IMG/VR virus record: IMGVR_UViG_3300048837_000975
Location: 61,691 to 125,690 of that record
Source: a virus
Strand: one strand, 5' to 3'
Length of the DNA stretch: 64,000 nucleotides
Shown here: one piece after another, positions 48,809 through 60,613 of the stretch
Position numbering within the stretch: position 1 is the stretch's first letter
Layout of the letters: the number at the start of each line of letters is the position of its first letter
Made by a program: the position numbers and the translations under genes
The notes under the pieces: generated by a model
What the model saw: the letters and a program-made list of their open reading frames with translations, nothing else
Database searches by the model: none
Told to the model about the DNA's origin: nothing

Positions 48809-49612
48809 TCAGTCGATCTCGAGCACGCATTCGACTTCTGGAAACCCATAGTGCGACTGCGCCGCCTTTGCTATCATATTCGGCGATCGGATTATGCTGT
48901 TCCTCGAGTGGGTGTGCCCGCACAGAACGGTGAAGTTCACCTGGGGGTTCTCTGCGGCAACAGAGTCTAGAGCGTCACCGGTGGCCTTCGAGGTATACCA
49001 CGGGCGAGCATAGTCGTGCTGCGCTCGACCTTCGTGCACCGCTACTTCGTCAAACGGCGGAATATGCGTGGCCACAATAACGGAAGAGAATCCCTGCTCG
49101 ATCGCAGCGTTTAGCGAATAGAGCAGATCTGTAGCGTCGCGATCCGCGCGCAACCTCAGGACATCAAGGAAGTATTCTCTGTCACCGTGGTTCCACTGGA
49201 AGTAGTCATAGTGCTTGCGCAAAGACATGATCTCGGTCCAGTCGTTCATCTCGAAGTTGGACTGAAGAGGGTTTCCGAATCGTCCGTCATACCAGCCATC
49301 GACCCCGACGAGCGCACAGTTTTCCGTTAGCGCAATAACCCTTCTGCGCAGGTACGTAGCTGTGCCAGTCATGCGATCCGCAATGCTCTCCATCTGCTCG
49401 AAGGATGAGCCCCAGAAGTCGTGATTGCCCATCACGAAGTAGATGGGTTTGCGATAGAACCGCCGCACCTGCTCGAGGTTATGGCGCATCTGTTCGCTTC
49501 TGGAGATGTCGCCGGTGATAACAAGCGCATCTGAATTAGGAACGTAATCGCCGAACTGGCCCGGGAAGCGGACCATGTCTAGGTGGATATCGGAGGCCCA
49601 GGCGAGTTTCAT
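48809..49612 (-). CDS. Calcineurin-like metallophosphoesterase
   Basis: SDIH, TGD, GNHD, ATH and GHTH motifs. Confidence 0.88.
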   Translation of the reverse strand: MKLAWASDIHLDMVRFPGQFGDYVPNSDALVITGDISRSEQMRHNLEQVRRFYRKPIYFVMGNHDFWGSSFEQMESIADRMTGTATYLRRRVIALTENCALVGVDGWYDGRFGNPLQSNFEMNDWTEIMSLRKHYDYFQWNHGDREYFLDVLRLRADRDATDLLYSLNAAIEQGFSSVIVATHIPPFDEVAVHEGRAQHDYARPWYTSKATGDALDSVAAENPQVNFTVLCGHTHSRNSIIRSPNMIAKAAQSHYGFPEVECVLEID

Positions 49613-51569
49613 TTGCTTCGGTGTTCTTTCACAGATTTGGAAACGTATTCCCTGTAAGCGAAGATAATACTGTCACGCCAGTTTTCGCGGCTCGATTCGT
49701 CCGGTTTAACCAGCACAGGAGTGATCTCGAACTCGCCGCGCAGGACGCGCGGATACATCGCTTTTGCTAGGTTATCTGTTATCCCGTTCGTCGCGAACGT
49801 GTCGGCCATGACACCGTATCCGCGAACGAACCTGACCCTTCCAACGAATCCGGTTGCTTTACACCTGTACTCGAAAGCGACAACTTCCTCTTTCATAGCG
49901 AAAACAATGCCTTCCGGATCTTCACGATCCACCACGAAGCCAGCTGCCTGACTCGCTTGTTCTCAGTCATATCACGCGCTATGGCCTGCAGCAAGGACAA
50001 ATCTAGTTCAAGTCCGGACTTGTTCATTGCTCTCCTCGGCGTCCAAAAGCTCATCTAGCCTACGAACGGCCGACCAGGCATGGAGCATGGCCCATGTTGG
50101 AAGTGCTCCAAAAGCATATAGTTCTGAGTTGTACTCAGCTATGATGTTTCTGGCTCCCTCGAGATCGTTCCACCTTTTTACAAGGTCGTATGCCTCTCTG
50201 GCAAGGTCGGCCGGAATAACATCGTTCTGGCGGTAGTCAAGTATGTCCCGTATGCACTCCTCCGGATCGAGCTCCTCAAGATCCTCGCCGGTTCCCAGGC
50301 GCGCCTTCTGTTGAGCGTAGCCGATGCTGGAGCTGCCGATCCATCCGATCTTTCCGCGCCAGGATCCGCCGCAGTGCCTTCCGAAGACCACCGGTTCCCA
50401 GTCTCCGTGAACAATAAGATCACCGAAAGACGCGCAGATGATCTCGACGTGCTCTCCCAGAGACGCTCTCCCTGACTTCGCTGGGCGCAAGGTGAACGCT
50501 GCGAACGTAGGACTAACTATGTGCTTGTCAGTGATTGTGTGGTTCGCAAATGTCCGCGTGGACAGCTGAATCCTTTGCTCAAGAGGCGTCAAACGGTCCC
50601 CCTTCCAGAATGCTCGGATCCCTGCGAACGTCCTCAACGAACAGCGTCACGGCCTTCTCGAGGTTACGGATGCTTTCCTCGGCCGGCAGCCAGCCTCCGG
50701 CGTGACCGTAGTAACAGCGTTCTCCATAGTACCATATCTCTCTTGCGCTCTTCTTTGAGTAAACAGTGAGAGACCAGGACTCATGACGAGCCCTGTAGTA
50801 GCAGTCAAGCCCAAGAATCTGTGATTCGAAGTCGGATTGAACCGGGCAGGCTCCTCCGAAATGGATGTCGCATACTGCGTTGGAGTAGGAGCCGGAGGTT
50901 CCGCTAGGCCCACGGGCTTCCTTCACGCGCCGAGCGCCCTGGAACCACCTAACAGGGTAGTAGATCAGAACACGAAGAACAGAGTTACTGCAGATCATGT
51001 CCCAAAGTATCAGGTGAGCGATCTCTGGGGACTTGAAGCAGCACCAGATGTTTGCGAGTGTGGTTTTCATTTCTCTTCTCCGTCCCAATTCACTTCCAGG
51101 TTGAACCTGACGTTCTCGATGTCTTCATAGTTCAGTGTTTGAATGATCCGAGCAATCGTCCTAAGAGCAGATTGCTCACAGGGATCGCTGGATGTCCTGG
51201 TGAACAGAAACCTAACAGCCTCAGCAACGGATTCGCCAGAAGCAATCGTGGATAGTGCAACTATGGTGCTTGCGGCATCCACGAGTCTGGCTGCGTTTAC
51301 GGCGCCCTGGTCTAGTTTGATGGTTGTCATTTCACCTTCACCGCTTTCAATCCGCCGTCAGGCTGAGCGCACACGGCGATTCCGGCCCTACACACTTCGA
51401 CCTTAAACGCTCCGCAGGCGCTGTCACAATACATGTGGTCGAATTGCAGTCCGGCCATGACACCAAGGAATCCGCCCATACCTAAACCTAATATCAACGC
51501 AAGAGGGGAATAGTCATACATCGAAGTCTCCGTTCGGGTAGTTCTGACAGGTTCACCGATACCGGTCAA
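49609..51569 (-). other. Five hypothetical CDSs (49609-49935, 50008-50637, 50579-51088, 51067-51330, 51327-51569)
   Basis: Coupled minus-strand ORFs; exact starts uncertain. Confidence 0.5.
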
Positions 51570-51745
51570 CCGGAAACCGATCGCGTGGAGAAGAAAAGTT
51601 CTGAGCTAACACAACCAAAACTTTCACACCGTTCACGTTCCGTACGGGCAGAAGATTCTGTCCGAATGCTTGACCAAAACTCGGCCGGGTGTTAGGATAA
51701 AACCGCGTTAAAGGATTCTTATCCGCGTTTCATACGGAGGGGTTC

Positions 51746-52666
51746 ATGGGGGAAAGTTTTCAGATTGTAAGAGCAGAATCCGTGCCCGAGATGGGTCTGA
51801 CGCGACCCGTTCAGCGCCTGGACATGTCGGGGGCTCGAGACGACGATCAGTTTGTCATGCTGTGGCTCAGCAGGTACTGCCCCAATACACGGAGGGCATA
51901 CCGGTTCGAGTCCGACAAGTTCCTGAAAGCAATCAGAGCAAGGGGGAAGGAGATCCGGAACCTGACGTTCCTGGATGCAACCGAAGTAATGGCAGATCTC
52001 ACCGAGGGTCTGTCGCCGTGCGCTGCGGCTAGACGCATTGACGCGATTCGGTCCCTGTACTCACTTGCTATGCGACTTGGTTACATTCCCATGAACGTCA
52101 TGGCTGCGGTAGAACGTCCGAAGATTCCAGACGGACTGGCTGCTAGGATTCTTACGAAGGAACAGATCTACGGCATGATGGCTCACGCCGATCCGGAAAC
52201 CAAGTTCATCATCAAGCTTCTCTACATCTCCGGTATGCGCGTGTCGGAGGCGGCCGCTCTCAGGTGGAAGGATGTTTCTGAGCGTGAAGGCGGGAAGGTG
52301 CAGCTCACCGTGTTCGGCAAGGGTGGAAAGACTCGATTTGTTCTGGCGCCCGTCAGCATGGGGAAGATGCTTGCTGAGCGCCGCAAGGGAGCGAACGACT
52401 TCGTTATCGAGATCGGGCGCTCCAGCAAGATCCACACTCGAGCCAGGCGTATCGAGGAAAGAGTTTCCGCAGCTGGCGAGTCCGTTGGCCTCGAGAAGAA
52501 CCCGAGCCCCCACTGGATGCGCCACGCTCACGCGTCTCATGCGCTGGACGCAGGGGCCAAGCTTCACGTCCTCATGGAAACGCTTGGGCATTCCGATGCT
52601 AGAGTAACGTCGCATTACCTTCACGTTCGTCCTGGCGAATCTAGCGCTGACTATCTTGGGGAGTGA
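51746..52666 (+). CDS. Tyrosine recombinase (XerC/D-like integrase/resolvase)
   Basis: SGMRVSE, GKGGK, HWMRH, LGH and a terminal Y; GGAGG RBS; TTGACC-17-TAGGAT promoter. Confidence 0.92.
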   Translation: MGESFQIVRAESVPEMGLTRPVQRLDMSGARDDDQFVMLWLSRYCPNTRRAYRFESDKFLKAIRARGKEIRNLTFLDATEVMADLTEGLSPCAAARRIDAIRSLYSLAMRLGYIPMNVMAAVERPKIPDGLAARILTKEQIYGMMAHADPETKFIIKLLYISGMRVSEAAALRWKDVSEREGGKVQLTVFGKGGKTRFVLAPVSMGKMLAERRKGANDFVIEIGRSSKIHTRARRIEERVSAAGESVGLEKNPSPHWMRHAHASHALDAGAKLHVLMETLGHSDARVTSHYLHVRPGESSADYLGE

Positions 52667-54347
52667 CACGCAGAAGGCGACGGTTCTTTCGCTGAAGCTT
52701 CTTCGCATTGAGAAAAAGCTCACGCTTGGCGTCATCAGGGGACTCGTGTTCCGGAGCCACGAGTCTCGCTTCGACCTGCGCGCGCAGCCGCGGACCCACG
52801 AGAGGCGGAACAGCTTTCGCGAAAGACTTCTGGTCTAGTTCAGACTGTCGCCACGCCGAAACAACGTCCATAGCAGCCAGCGCGTAATCGTCAGACAGAG
52901 ACTCTAGGCTTTCGCGAACGGAAGCGTCCTCGGATATGCTTGGGCAGTCCAGAAGGCAGCCCAGCATCCTGAAAGAGAAGTTCTCTTCGCTCGGGGCGAG
53001 CTTTGCGGCTTCTCCAGGATCGTTCGGCGACGCTGCGCGAACGAAAGCGCGGAACTTCTTGTCGCTGGCTCCGGCCAGCATCACGGATGCTCGGTACGCG
53101 CACTGATCGGCTATGGCTCGAACAACGGGATCGTCCTCTCCGTCTACGAGCTGCCGAATGCGCTTCAGGTGAGCGGACTTGGTCTCCGCGTCCTGCGACA
53201 GCTGAGCAGCGCTCGCTTCCTGGTTGATCAGGTGCTCGATGATTCCGACGGCCTTAGCGGCGACCTCCCTGATAGCCTCAGGGCCGCTCGATCGAGCGTA
53301 CGCGTCTGGATCCGTTCCGTCAGGAAGAACAGCTACCTTCGCCAGCAGCCCGCCCTCTTTGCACGGTCCGTGCGACTTGATCACGGCCTCTCGACCAGCA
53401 CGGTCGCCGTCGAACATGAGAACGACAGCCTTCGTGAACTTGGATACGAGCCTGGCCTGTTCGGGTGTGAAAGCCGTTCCAAGCGGAGCTACGGCGCTCG
53501 TGATCCCGCGCGCGTGCAATCCGACAACGTCGAAGTTTCCCTCGACCACGATGCATCCCTCGTGCCTAAGGGCACCCTTGGCCTGGTGCAGTCCGAAGAC
53601 AACGTCTCGCTTCTTGTATATCTCGGACTCTGGAGAGTTAACGTACTTCGGAAGCTTCTCCTGTTGCGTCTCTCCGGGCGGTGGAGGAAGCTCTCGACCG
53701 CTGAAGCCGATCACTCGCCCGCGAAGATCGATCACAGGGAACATAAGACGATTCCGGAACTTATCGTAGTATCCGCCGGAGCGCTTTGAAGCTACCAGAC
53801 CGATCTTCTCAGCAGCCTCGACCAACTCTTTCGGTAGGGCGTCTGCCAGCGATGACCATCCCGGCGGCGCGTACCCAAGTCGGAAGCTCAAGACGTGCTC
53901 GGAGCACGGGTCTACTTCTCGCTTAAGAAGCTCGCTCTCGGCCAGGCTCCGGTGCTCGTTCGTCGTTAGGTTTTTCTGAAAGAACTTCGCCGCGAACTCA
54001 GCGGCCTCATACAGCGGATCTGTATCTACTGAAGTGGACTCTTTCCCAGAACCGTCAGTTTCAACTACGGTGATACCAGACCTATCAGCGAGACTTCGCA
54101 CGGCTTCCTGGAACGAAAGCCCATGGTGCTCCTGCATGAATGCGATGTTGTCTCCGCTGGCTCCGCACCCGTAACAGCGATAGAACGACCGCTCATCGCT
54201 TACGTAAAAGCTCGGAGTCTTCTCCTTGTGAAAAGGGCAGAGACCTGACCACGACCTGCCCTTGCGCACAAGGCGCACGCTCTCCCCGATCACCTGCACT
54301 ATGCTGACGGTGTTCCGGACGCGTTCGATTGTCTCTTCAGCAATCAT
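52641..54347 (-). CDS. dnaG: DNA primase (bacterial DnaG type)
   Basis: CPFH.EKTPSF..CYGC Zn domain; FRNRLMFP, KYVNSPE, VEG.FDV, DGDRAG, DPD. Confidence 0.95.
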   Translation of the reverse strand: MIAEETIERVRNTVSIVQVIGESVRLVRKGRSWSGLCPFHKEKTPSFYVSDERSFYRCYGCGASGDNIAFMQEHHGLSFQEAVRSLADRSGITVVETDGSGKESTSVDTDPLYEAAEFAAKFFQKNLTTNEHRSLAESELLKREVDPCSEHVLSFRLGYAPPGWSSLADALPKELVEAAEKIGLVASKRSGGYYDKFRNRLMFPVIDLRGRVIGFSGRELPPPPGETQQEKLPKYVNSPESEIYKKRDVVFGLHQAKGALRHEGCIVVEGNFDVVGLHARGITSAVAPLGTAFTPEQARLVSKFTKAVVLMFDGDRAGREAVIKSHGPCKEGGLLAKVAVLPDGTDPDAYARSSGPEAIREVAAKAVGIIEHLINQEASAAQLSQDAETKSAHLKRIRQLVDGEDDPVVRAIADQCAYRASVMLAGASDKKFRAFVRAASPNDPGEAAKLAPSEENFSFRMLGCLLDCPSISEDASVRESLESLSDDYALAAMDVVSAWRQSELDQKSFAKAVPPLVGPRLRAQVEARLVAPEHESPDDAKRELFLNAKKLQRKNRRLLRVTPQDSQR

Positions 54348-54732
54348 CGTTGCAGCTGGCTAGCATAGATATGTCTTCTGCGTTCAGCTGACACGCGTGT
54401 TCGTCATCCAGACGACTCCCAAGCTTCGCTCGCAGTAGAGCATCCTGCTTGTCCAGAAGCTCGCGCGCCTTCAAAGCATCGAGCCGCTCGATCCACTTTA
54501 CGGCAACAGCAGCCACCTGGACAAGCTCGTCTCGAAGCTCTTCAGACGTAGGCCCGTTCTCTATGTATGCCCGCGCAACCTCGCCAGTCTCCTCGAACAG
54601 AACAGCAAACCGTGTTGCGTCATCGTAGTTGGACCAGTCAGGCGGATCGTTAAACTTCTGATCCTGACGCTCGCGTTCGTCCTGGATATCATCCAGGACT
54701 TGCCACATTGATTGGTAATCAATCATCTTCAT
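54337..54732 (-). CDS. MazG-like nucleotide pyrophosphohydrolase
   Basis: ERERQD.K..EETGEVA..ELVQVAAVAV.W. Confidence 0.75.
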   Translation of the reverse strand: MKMIDYQSMWQVLDDIQDERERQDQKFNDPPDWSNYDDATRFAVLFEETGEVARAYIENGPTSEELRDELVQVAAVAVKWIERLDALKARELLDKQDALLRAKLGSRLDDEHACQLNAEDISMLASCNDDC

Positions 54733-54822
54733 GTTCCTTGAGAACTAGCATCATCATTCCGATTGAGATCAGAAGGTAAGAGCACACGACGCAGAGCGCT
54801 GAAAGCAACAGTAGATCCATGA

Positions 54823-57800
54823 TCATTTCATCTTAGGGTTCACGAATTCAAACGCCGCCAGGTTAACTTCGGTGTTCAGATCAGCGTAGTCGTCCGGGTA
54901 GTACTTGAAAGCCTTGGCGCAGATGTCCTGCTCTTCCTCGGTCAAGCGGGTTCCTGTCTTCGAGGCAATGCGCAGAGCGAGCACACGCGCTCGTAGGTCT
55001 TCAGGCATCTTTCTCATGGCTGCTCAACAACTTTCGTATTGAGTCTGCAAACGCATTTCCCATAATCAGAAACGATGAAATCGTTAGGTAGGCACGCTTT
55101 CGAGCAACGCTCAACACGCTCAGCGTTGATCCAGATCAGGAATACGACGAACAGAAAAGGAAGAATCGCTGGCAACGCATACAGAGCATTTGTGACGGTG
55201 TGCTTGATGGTCATCGCGACAGCTCCCTAATCGCGTGCTGCCTACTCAGAAACACGCTTCGATCCCACACGTGCTCAGTGTACTCGCCTCTAACGGCAGG
55301 CTCCTTGTTAGGGTGTATCTTTACGAAGTCCGAGCACGAAAGACCAGCATAGAACATCAGGTCCGCTTGCTGCGGTCGTTGCCTATCACGAACTACCCAA
55401 ACACGATCACCCGGCCTCACGAAAGTGCCCTTTCGGATAGAGTATGGTTCGCTTTCGTCCATCTTCGCATCGTTCTACTCGCCAAGAGACCTTAACAGAT
55501 CCTGCGTTCAGCATCCACTGCAAACTGTGAGAAGCCTGGTCTTTCGTCTTCCATGGGTGCGACAGCTTGTCGATCGCGTCAAGCAAACGAATTCCCGGCT
55601 CGGAGGCAACCAGCTTCTCCAGTTCATCGCGAACGGGTTGCAGCCTAGCGCGATTCTTTTCTAGAGTCCTCTGGCGGCAGGCGCCAAGGAGGCGAAGTCC
55701 GCGAGGTTCAGTCGACATCGAAGTCCTCATCTTTCCTGTGCAGCTCTCGTATCACTGGCCACGCTTGCCAAGGAAGCGATCTGTTTGATATGACATACGA
55801 CAATCGCTCACAAAAACAGATCATTGACTCAATGGATCTCGACAACATCCCGAATGGGATTAACGCGATCAGGAAAAGCAGGACAACCGGAGTAAGCGCA
55901 AGGTAGGCGCATGAAATCGCAAGGTTCTTTGCGGAATCCATAGCTGACCAATTCGGATACTTTGCTCGAACCCGATCCGCAGTACGGATAGCATCTTCTT
56001 TAGAAATTAAGCCCCAGCCAAGCTTGCTCATTGCTTTGCACTCCACCACAGATGACAGAACCCGTCCTCAGGCTCAAACGAGTTCCGTGCCGAACAGAAC
56101 AGGCGCCCACCGACATCGTATTGTTGCGCGCACGAATCACAACTCGCACCGAGACAAACTCTAACGCCCCACGCAAGGGCCTGTTCTGCGGACGTGAAGT
56201 AAAAGTTTCCGCTCAGAACCGACCAACGAAGCTGACCGTTCGCTCTTACGCTGGCCCTCAGGTTTAGCTGGTACTCGCCTACGAGCGCGAACCAGGTCGG
56301 AGTAATCGGATCCTCCTGCGGTTCAAATCTAAGTCCGTGATATTCAAACGCCTTACCGGGCTCCGGTTCGATCATTGCTTATTGTCCTCCTCAGGTTGGT
56401 ACGTCCTGAAGTTGTCTGGATTGATATTGATTCCAGCCTTGCGCCACGCGGGCCAGCTCTTGACCTCTTCCGCAGTCTTCTTGATTGAATCCCAGAAGGC
56501 TCTGCGCTCAGGCGTTGATTTGTCGCGAACGAGCTTCATTTGATACACCTGCAAACCGCTACGTAACATCACTGCGAATGTGCTCCGAGATATTTTCATA
56601 GGAGCATTCCGACACATCAGCTGCCCAGTGTGCATAGACCGATGCGTAAACCGCCGCCCAAACCGCTTCTTTGCTTGCTTTCATCTTCAAAATCTCCTTT
56701 CAAAAACCAGCTAGAACGTGAAGAGCAACCATACCCTCCGCGTCTTCCTTTTCCAAGAACAACTTGTCTTCTGAGATGGTGGTCAGCTCACCGTGAGCGT
56801 TGACGACCCAGGTTACTCTTCCGGAGGCGGACACCGTACTCCTGAGGCTAGCTATCTTCGCCTTCACCGGAGTGTAGTAGCCGCTACTGTCTTTGCGTAG
56901 GAAGAAAACTCGGTCACCCTTCTTCATGTTACCACCGAACCTCGAATCCTTTCGGGAAAGCTTGAACCTTGTATCCCATGCGCGCAAGGTCTAACTGAAC
57001 CTCGATCGGCATTTTCTCGAACCAAACGCGCCTGCGCCTGTCGTTGGCTGCTGTAATTATGCAACCAAGGAAGTTCAGTGTTAGTTCTTCTGGCGGGTGC
57101 GACTCCGCAATCTTCCTAGCCTCGTCTGCGGTCATCCTGACTTCATCCTTTCTCTGTTGATTGCCACGAGGCATGTTTCGGGAATGGTTTCAAGATACTC
57201 TGCCAACGCAACCAGGCACCTGCGATACTCCAGATCAAAGTCTGTGCAAGCAGAAAACTTCTCAGCCTTGGCTGTCATTCGCGCCTGTTCTGCCGCCGAC
57301 AGAATCGCCGCGGCTGCCGGAGTGAGGCGGAATCGCTCACCAGTTACCGGTTCAGTAATTCCTTTCCGGTTCGTCGACGTAACGACTCGTCTAGCTACCC
57401 TTGGGTCAGGGCCAGGAACATGATGGGCGTCGTCGACGTGATCCGGGTCGAATGTCCTAACCAGAAAAAGCACGAAGTCTTTCGCAGCTGTCACGGCTGC
57501 CCTCCGAAGCCCAGCCTCGCAACCGACTGCGCCTCGGCTTTGCACATCTCGAAACTCTTGTTTTCGTTCATTGTGTTATGGCCCATTCCATACCAGAAGA
57601 ACGAGCCCGAGATCGACTCCTGGATGGTAGCGATCTGTTTGTGATCCTCGGTAAACAGCCCCCACATGCGCGGGCTCTCGTCATGCGCTCTGCGCATCTT
57701 GCGCCAGTGAACCTTACTGGATGACACCGTTCTCTCCTTCCAGAACATGAACGTTGATCACCTGTGGCTTGTCGCCCTCTGGCCGCTTGCGAGTTGAGAT

Positions 57801-59551
57801 TACGAACGTAACAAGATCGGGACCGTCCTCAGCGATCCAGTATTCCAGGTCGCCCGGCTCGGTCATTGCCAGCTCAGCGTCCTGAGACATGTCGATCAGG
57901 ATGTCTCGAGCTTCACGAAAGCCGCTCTCGGTCTGCGGGTCGATTCCGACCTTGATCGCATAGCGGCGCACAGCACTCGGAGTAATGAACCACCTACCAA
58001 AGAATGTCACTTGATCATCTCCTTCAACCAGGCTTTTGCTTGAACTTTGCACTCGTCTGCGGTTAGCTCACTCTTTGCATAACACGAATTGAAATGGTTC
58101 CCTTCCTTGTCCCAAGCGTACCAGTACCAGCGCTTTTCGTTGAAATCCGCGTACCTGGAACCGAACTCCATCCCAGATATCACACTGACGCATCCGTGAC
58201 GCACTCCGTCTACGTTAACGCTCCAGCCGCGCGTTCCCTGGGTTACGCGAGCGTTGCCGGTTGCCGCAGGGATTCTCTTGAACGTAATCTTCGGCATTAC
58301 TTCGGTTCTTTCGTTGAGCACCAGACTCGGGCGCCGTTCACTGGTATGTTATCACCACCGGCTCTCATCATAGACTCCCATGCCTCGAGCTGGGTGTCGA
58401 ATGGCCCCATCCAGCGGATGAGGTCAGAGGAGGCGTACCACTTGATCTCAGGAGTCTTTTTGCTTGCTTTCTTCATCTTCAACCCTTTCACTTTCAGGGA
58501 CCGGGATATCCTTCCAGGTCAGATCTTTCTTTAGCACACGCATCGTTTCCGTGCCAATCACCTGGCGCACGATCCAGAACAACCAGAACCGGTTGTAGGC
58601 TCGCGCCGTCAGCCGCGGCGGCCAACCGGCTTTGCGGGCGAACTCCTGCGCTTCTTTTTTGGTTGCGAACGCTGCGAAGTCTTCTTGTGCGAGCGAGTAT
58701 CTACGTAGGTCGATAGGTAGCATGTCCCCTCCAGAATTCTTGCGGCCGCAAGCAGAAGCGCGGCGTCGCCCTCTTCGATCTTGAGAAGCCGAGCAACGTC
58801 AGCCGACTGAGCCCCGGCGCCCAGTAGGGTCCGAGACTTTTGGATCATCACCTCGTCCATGCTCACGAGCGATCCCCGTAGAGACGAAGAGCGATCTCGT
58901 CGGCCGACTCGTCGCTATCCATGTCCCAGTCACCCTCGCAGAATCCGAGGTATACCTCGTTTCGAGCATCACGAACACACTCGATCGGTAGCCCTACGTC
59001 CACGTGAGTTCTGTTACCCATCCGAACAATAGCGTCAGGAAACTGCAGCTTCAGAGCACGGAACGTAATCTCATCAATCGCGTCAGCGACACTGTCCGGG
59101 GACCACTCCCCGGTGTCTCCCATAGAGCACGTCTCAGTCGGACCAACGGTAATGATCTTCGTTTTCATACTGTTCAACCTTTCTTGTTCTTACTCACAGA
59201 GGTTCCGACGACTCTCTCAACGAACTCGGCCCACACGGCTGGCTCTTCCTTGTCAAACATGCCTTCAAGGTCATAATCGTCTTCCTCAAAGGTCTCTACC
59301 GTAACCTCGATAGTAACGACTCTAGGTGGCTTTGTTACCGTAACAGGCACCCACGCTTCATTTTGGTACACCTCAACTTGCTTCCCGACGGAGACGCTTG
59401 CCAAAGGCACGAGCTTCCTGTCAGGAGTTCGCGCCGGAGCGTCGCCACGAAGGCATAGGTGACCGGTAAACTCTACGGTGTCACCCGTTCCGAGAACCAA
59501 CCAGACCTTTAGGTTTTCTGTCGTGGATAGCCCTACGTTTTTCTTTGTCAT
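54823..59551 (-). other. Dense run of ~18 small hypothetical minus-strand CDSs (early/accessory region)
   Basis: Successive overlapping 60-130 aa ORFs, many ATGA-coupled; no recognisable domains. Confidence 0.6.
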
Positions 59552-59572
59552 CTTTCAAACCTTTCTTTCAAC

Positions 59573-59624
59573 GGACTCGTCAGCGACGGCCTTACCGTCG
59601 GACCGGGCGAACCCGGTTTCGTCC
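59573..59624 (-). ncRNA. Hammerhead ribozyme, type II (copy 1)
   Basis: GGAC-GAAA-CCGGG TTCG CCCGG-TC-CGACGG TAAGG CCGTCG-CTGACGA-GTCC. Confidence 0.92.
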
Positions 59625-60509
59625 TTACAGAACCGGCATAGCGTTCGGATCCGCCATGACAATCAGTGCTAGCATTGACATTGCGTCTTCTAGGCGCTTG
59701 CGGACGGCCTCGCTCTTGACCCCAAGTAGCCGCTCGTATGACTCGAGCTTGTCAGCCGCAACCTTGAGGCGCTCTTCTCTAATTCTCACGCTGCGAACGG
59801 TCCGGTTCTTAGTCGTTTGAACCAGCTCGCCCGCGCTAGCTTCCTCAACGATCGCGTTGATCGCTTCCTCGGTTTCGCGGTTAACGGCGTCGATCACGGC
59901 CTCGACCGCGTCCTCCGACTTTAGTGCAGGAATTGAATAAACCTTGTGGGAAGAAACTTCCTCAATGACATTCGAGATCTTCTCGAGCACCTCAATCCGG
60001 TCGGCCGGAACGAAGTACACTCCGCCGCGTGGCCGAAGCGGAACGCCGTTGCAGCGTCCGGCTACCATGGTCGTCAGCCACATGCTGAACTCGGTCACCC
60101 CGAGGTTCTCTCGCTCGTTCGTGAAAGCTTCGTTAATCTGTTCGGCAACCTCGCGGTTGCCCTTGAACTCCAGCTCAGAGTCTCCAGCGAGGCGGACCAC
60201 CACGACCGTTTCGTGGTCGAGCGGGTTCTCGTCGTCGCCCGTGCGAGCCTCAGCAAGGAGCGCGAAGGTTCCCTCTTGAACCGGACGAACGATTCGGCGA
60301 CCCTTGGCGAATTTTGCAAGCACGCTCCGGAGAGTTGCGGAAGCGCCAGGAGCGCTCGGGCAGTCGTCAGGATCCAGGCCGGAATCTTCCCACGCCTTTT
60401 GAAGCGCCGCGTACGGAACCGCACCGTCGAGGCTCCACATGACAATCGCGCCACACTTCTCGGATTCAACGTTCGTCACGATCAGATTCTTGATATTTTC
60501 CACTTTCAA
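59625..60509 (-). CDS. Hypothetical helical protein of the MoxR-VWA cluster
   Basis: 294 aa; LRPRGGVYFVP motif; GAGG RBS. Confidence 0.7.
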   Translation of the reverse strand: MKVENIKNLIVTNVESEKCGAIVMWSLDGAVPYAALQKAWEDSGLDPDDCPSAPGASATLRSVLAKFAKGRRIVRPVQEGTFALLAEARTGDDENPLDHETVVVVRLAGDSELEFKGNREVAEQINEAFTNERENLGVTEFSMWLTTMVAGRCNGVPLRPRGGVYFVPADRIEVLEKISNVIEEVSSHKVYSIPALKSEDAVEAVIDAVNRETEEAINAIVEEASAGELVQTTKNRTVRSVRIREERLKVAADKLESYERLLGVKSEAVRKRLEDAMSMLALIVMADPNAMPVL

Positions 60510-60530
60510 CCTCGCTTGAATTCTTTCAAC

Positions 60531-60582
60531 GGACTCGTCAGCGCACGCCTTACGTGCGGACCGGGTTTCCCCGGTTTCGTCC
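60531..60582 (-). ncRNA. Hammerhead ribozyme, type II (copy 2)
   Basis: GGAC-GAAA-CCGGG GAAA CCCGG-TC-CGCACG TAAGG CGTGCG-CTGACGA-GTCC. Confidence 0.92.
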
Positions 60583-60613
60583 TATCTACCATGCTAAGAG
60601 AAGCTACGCAACA

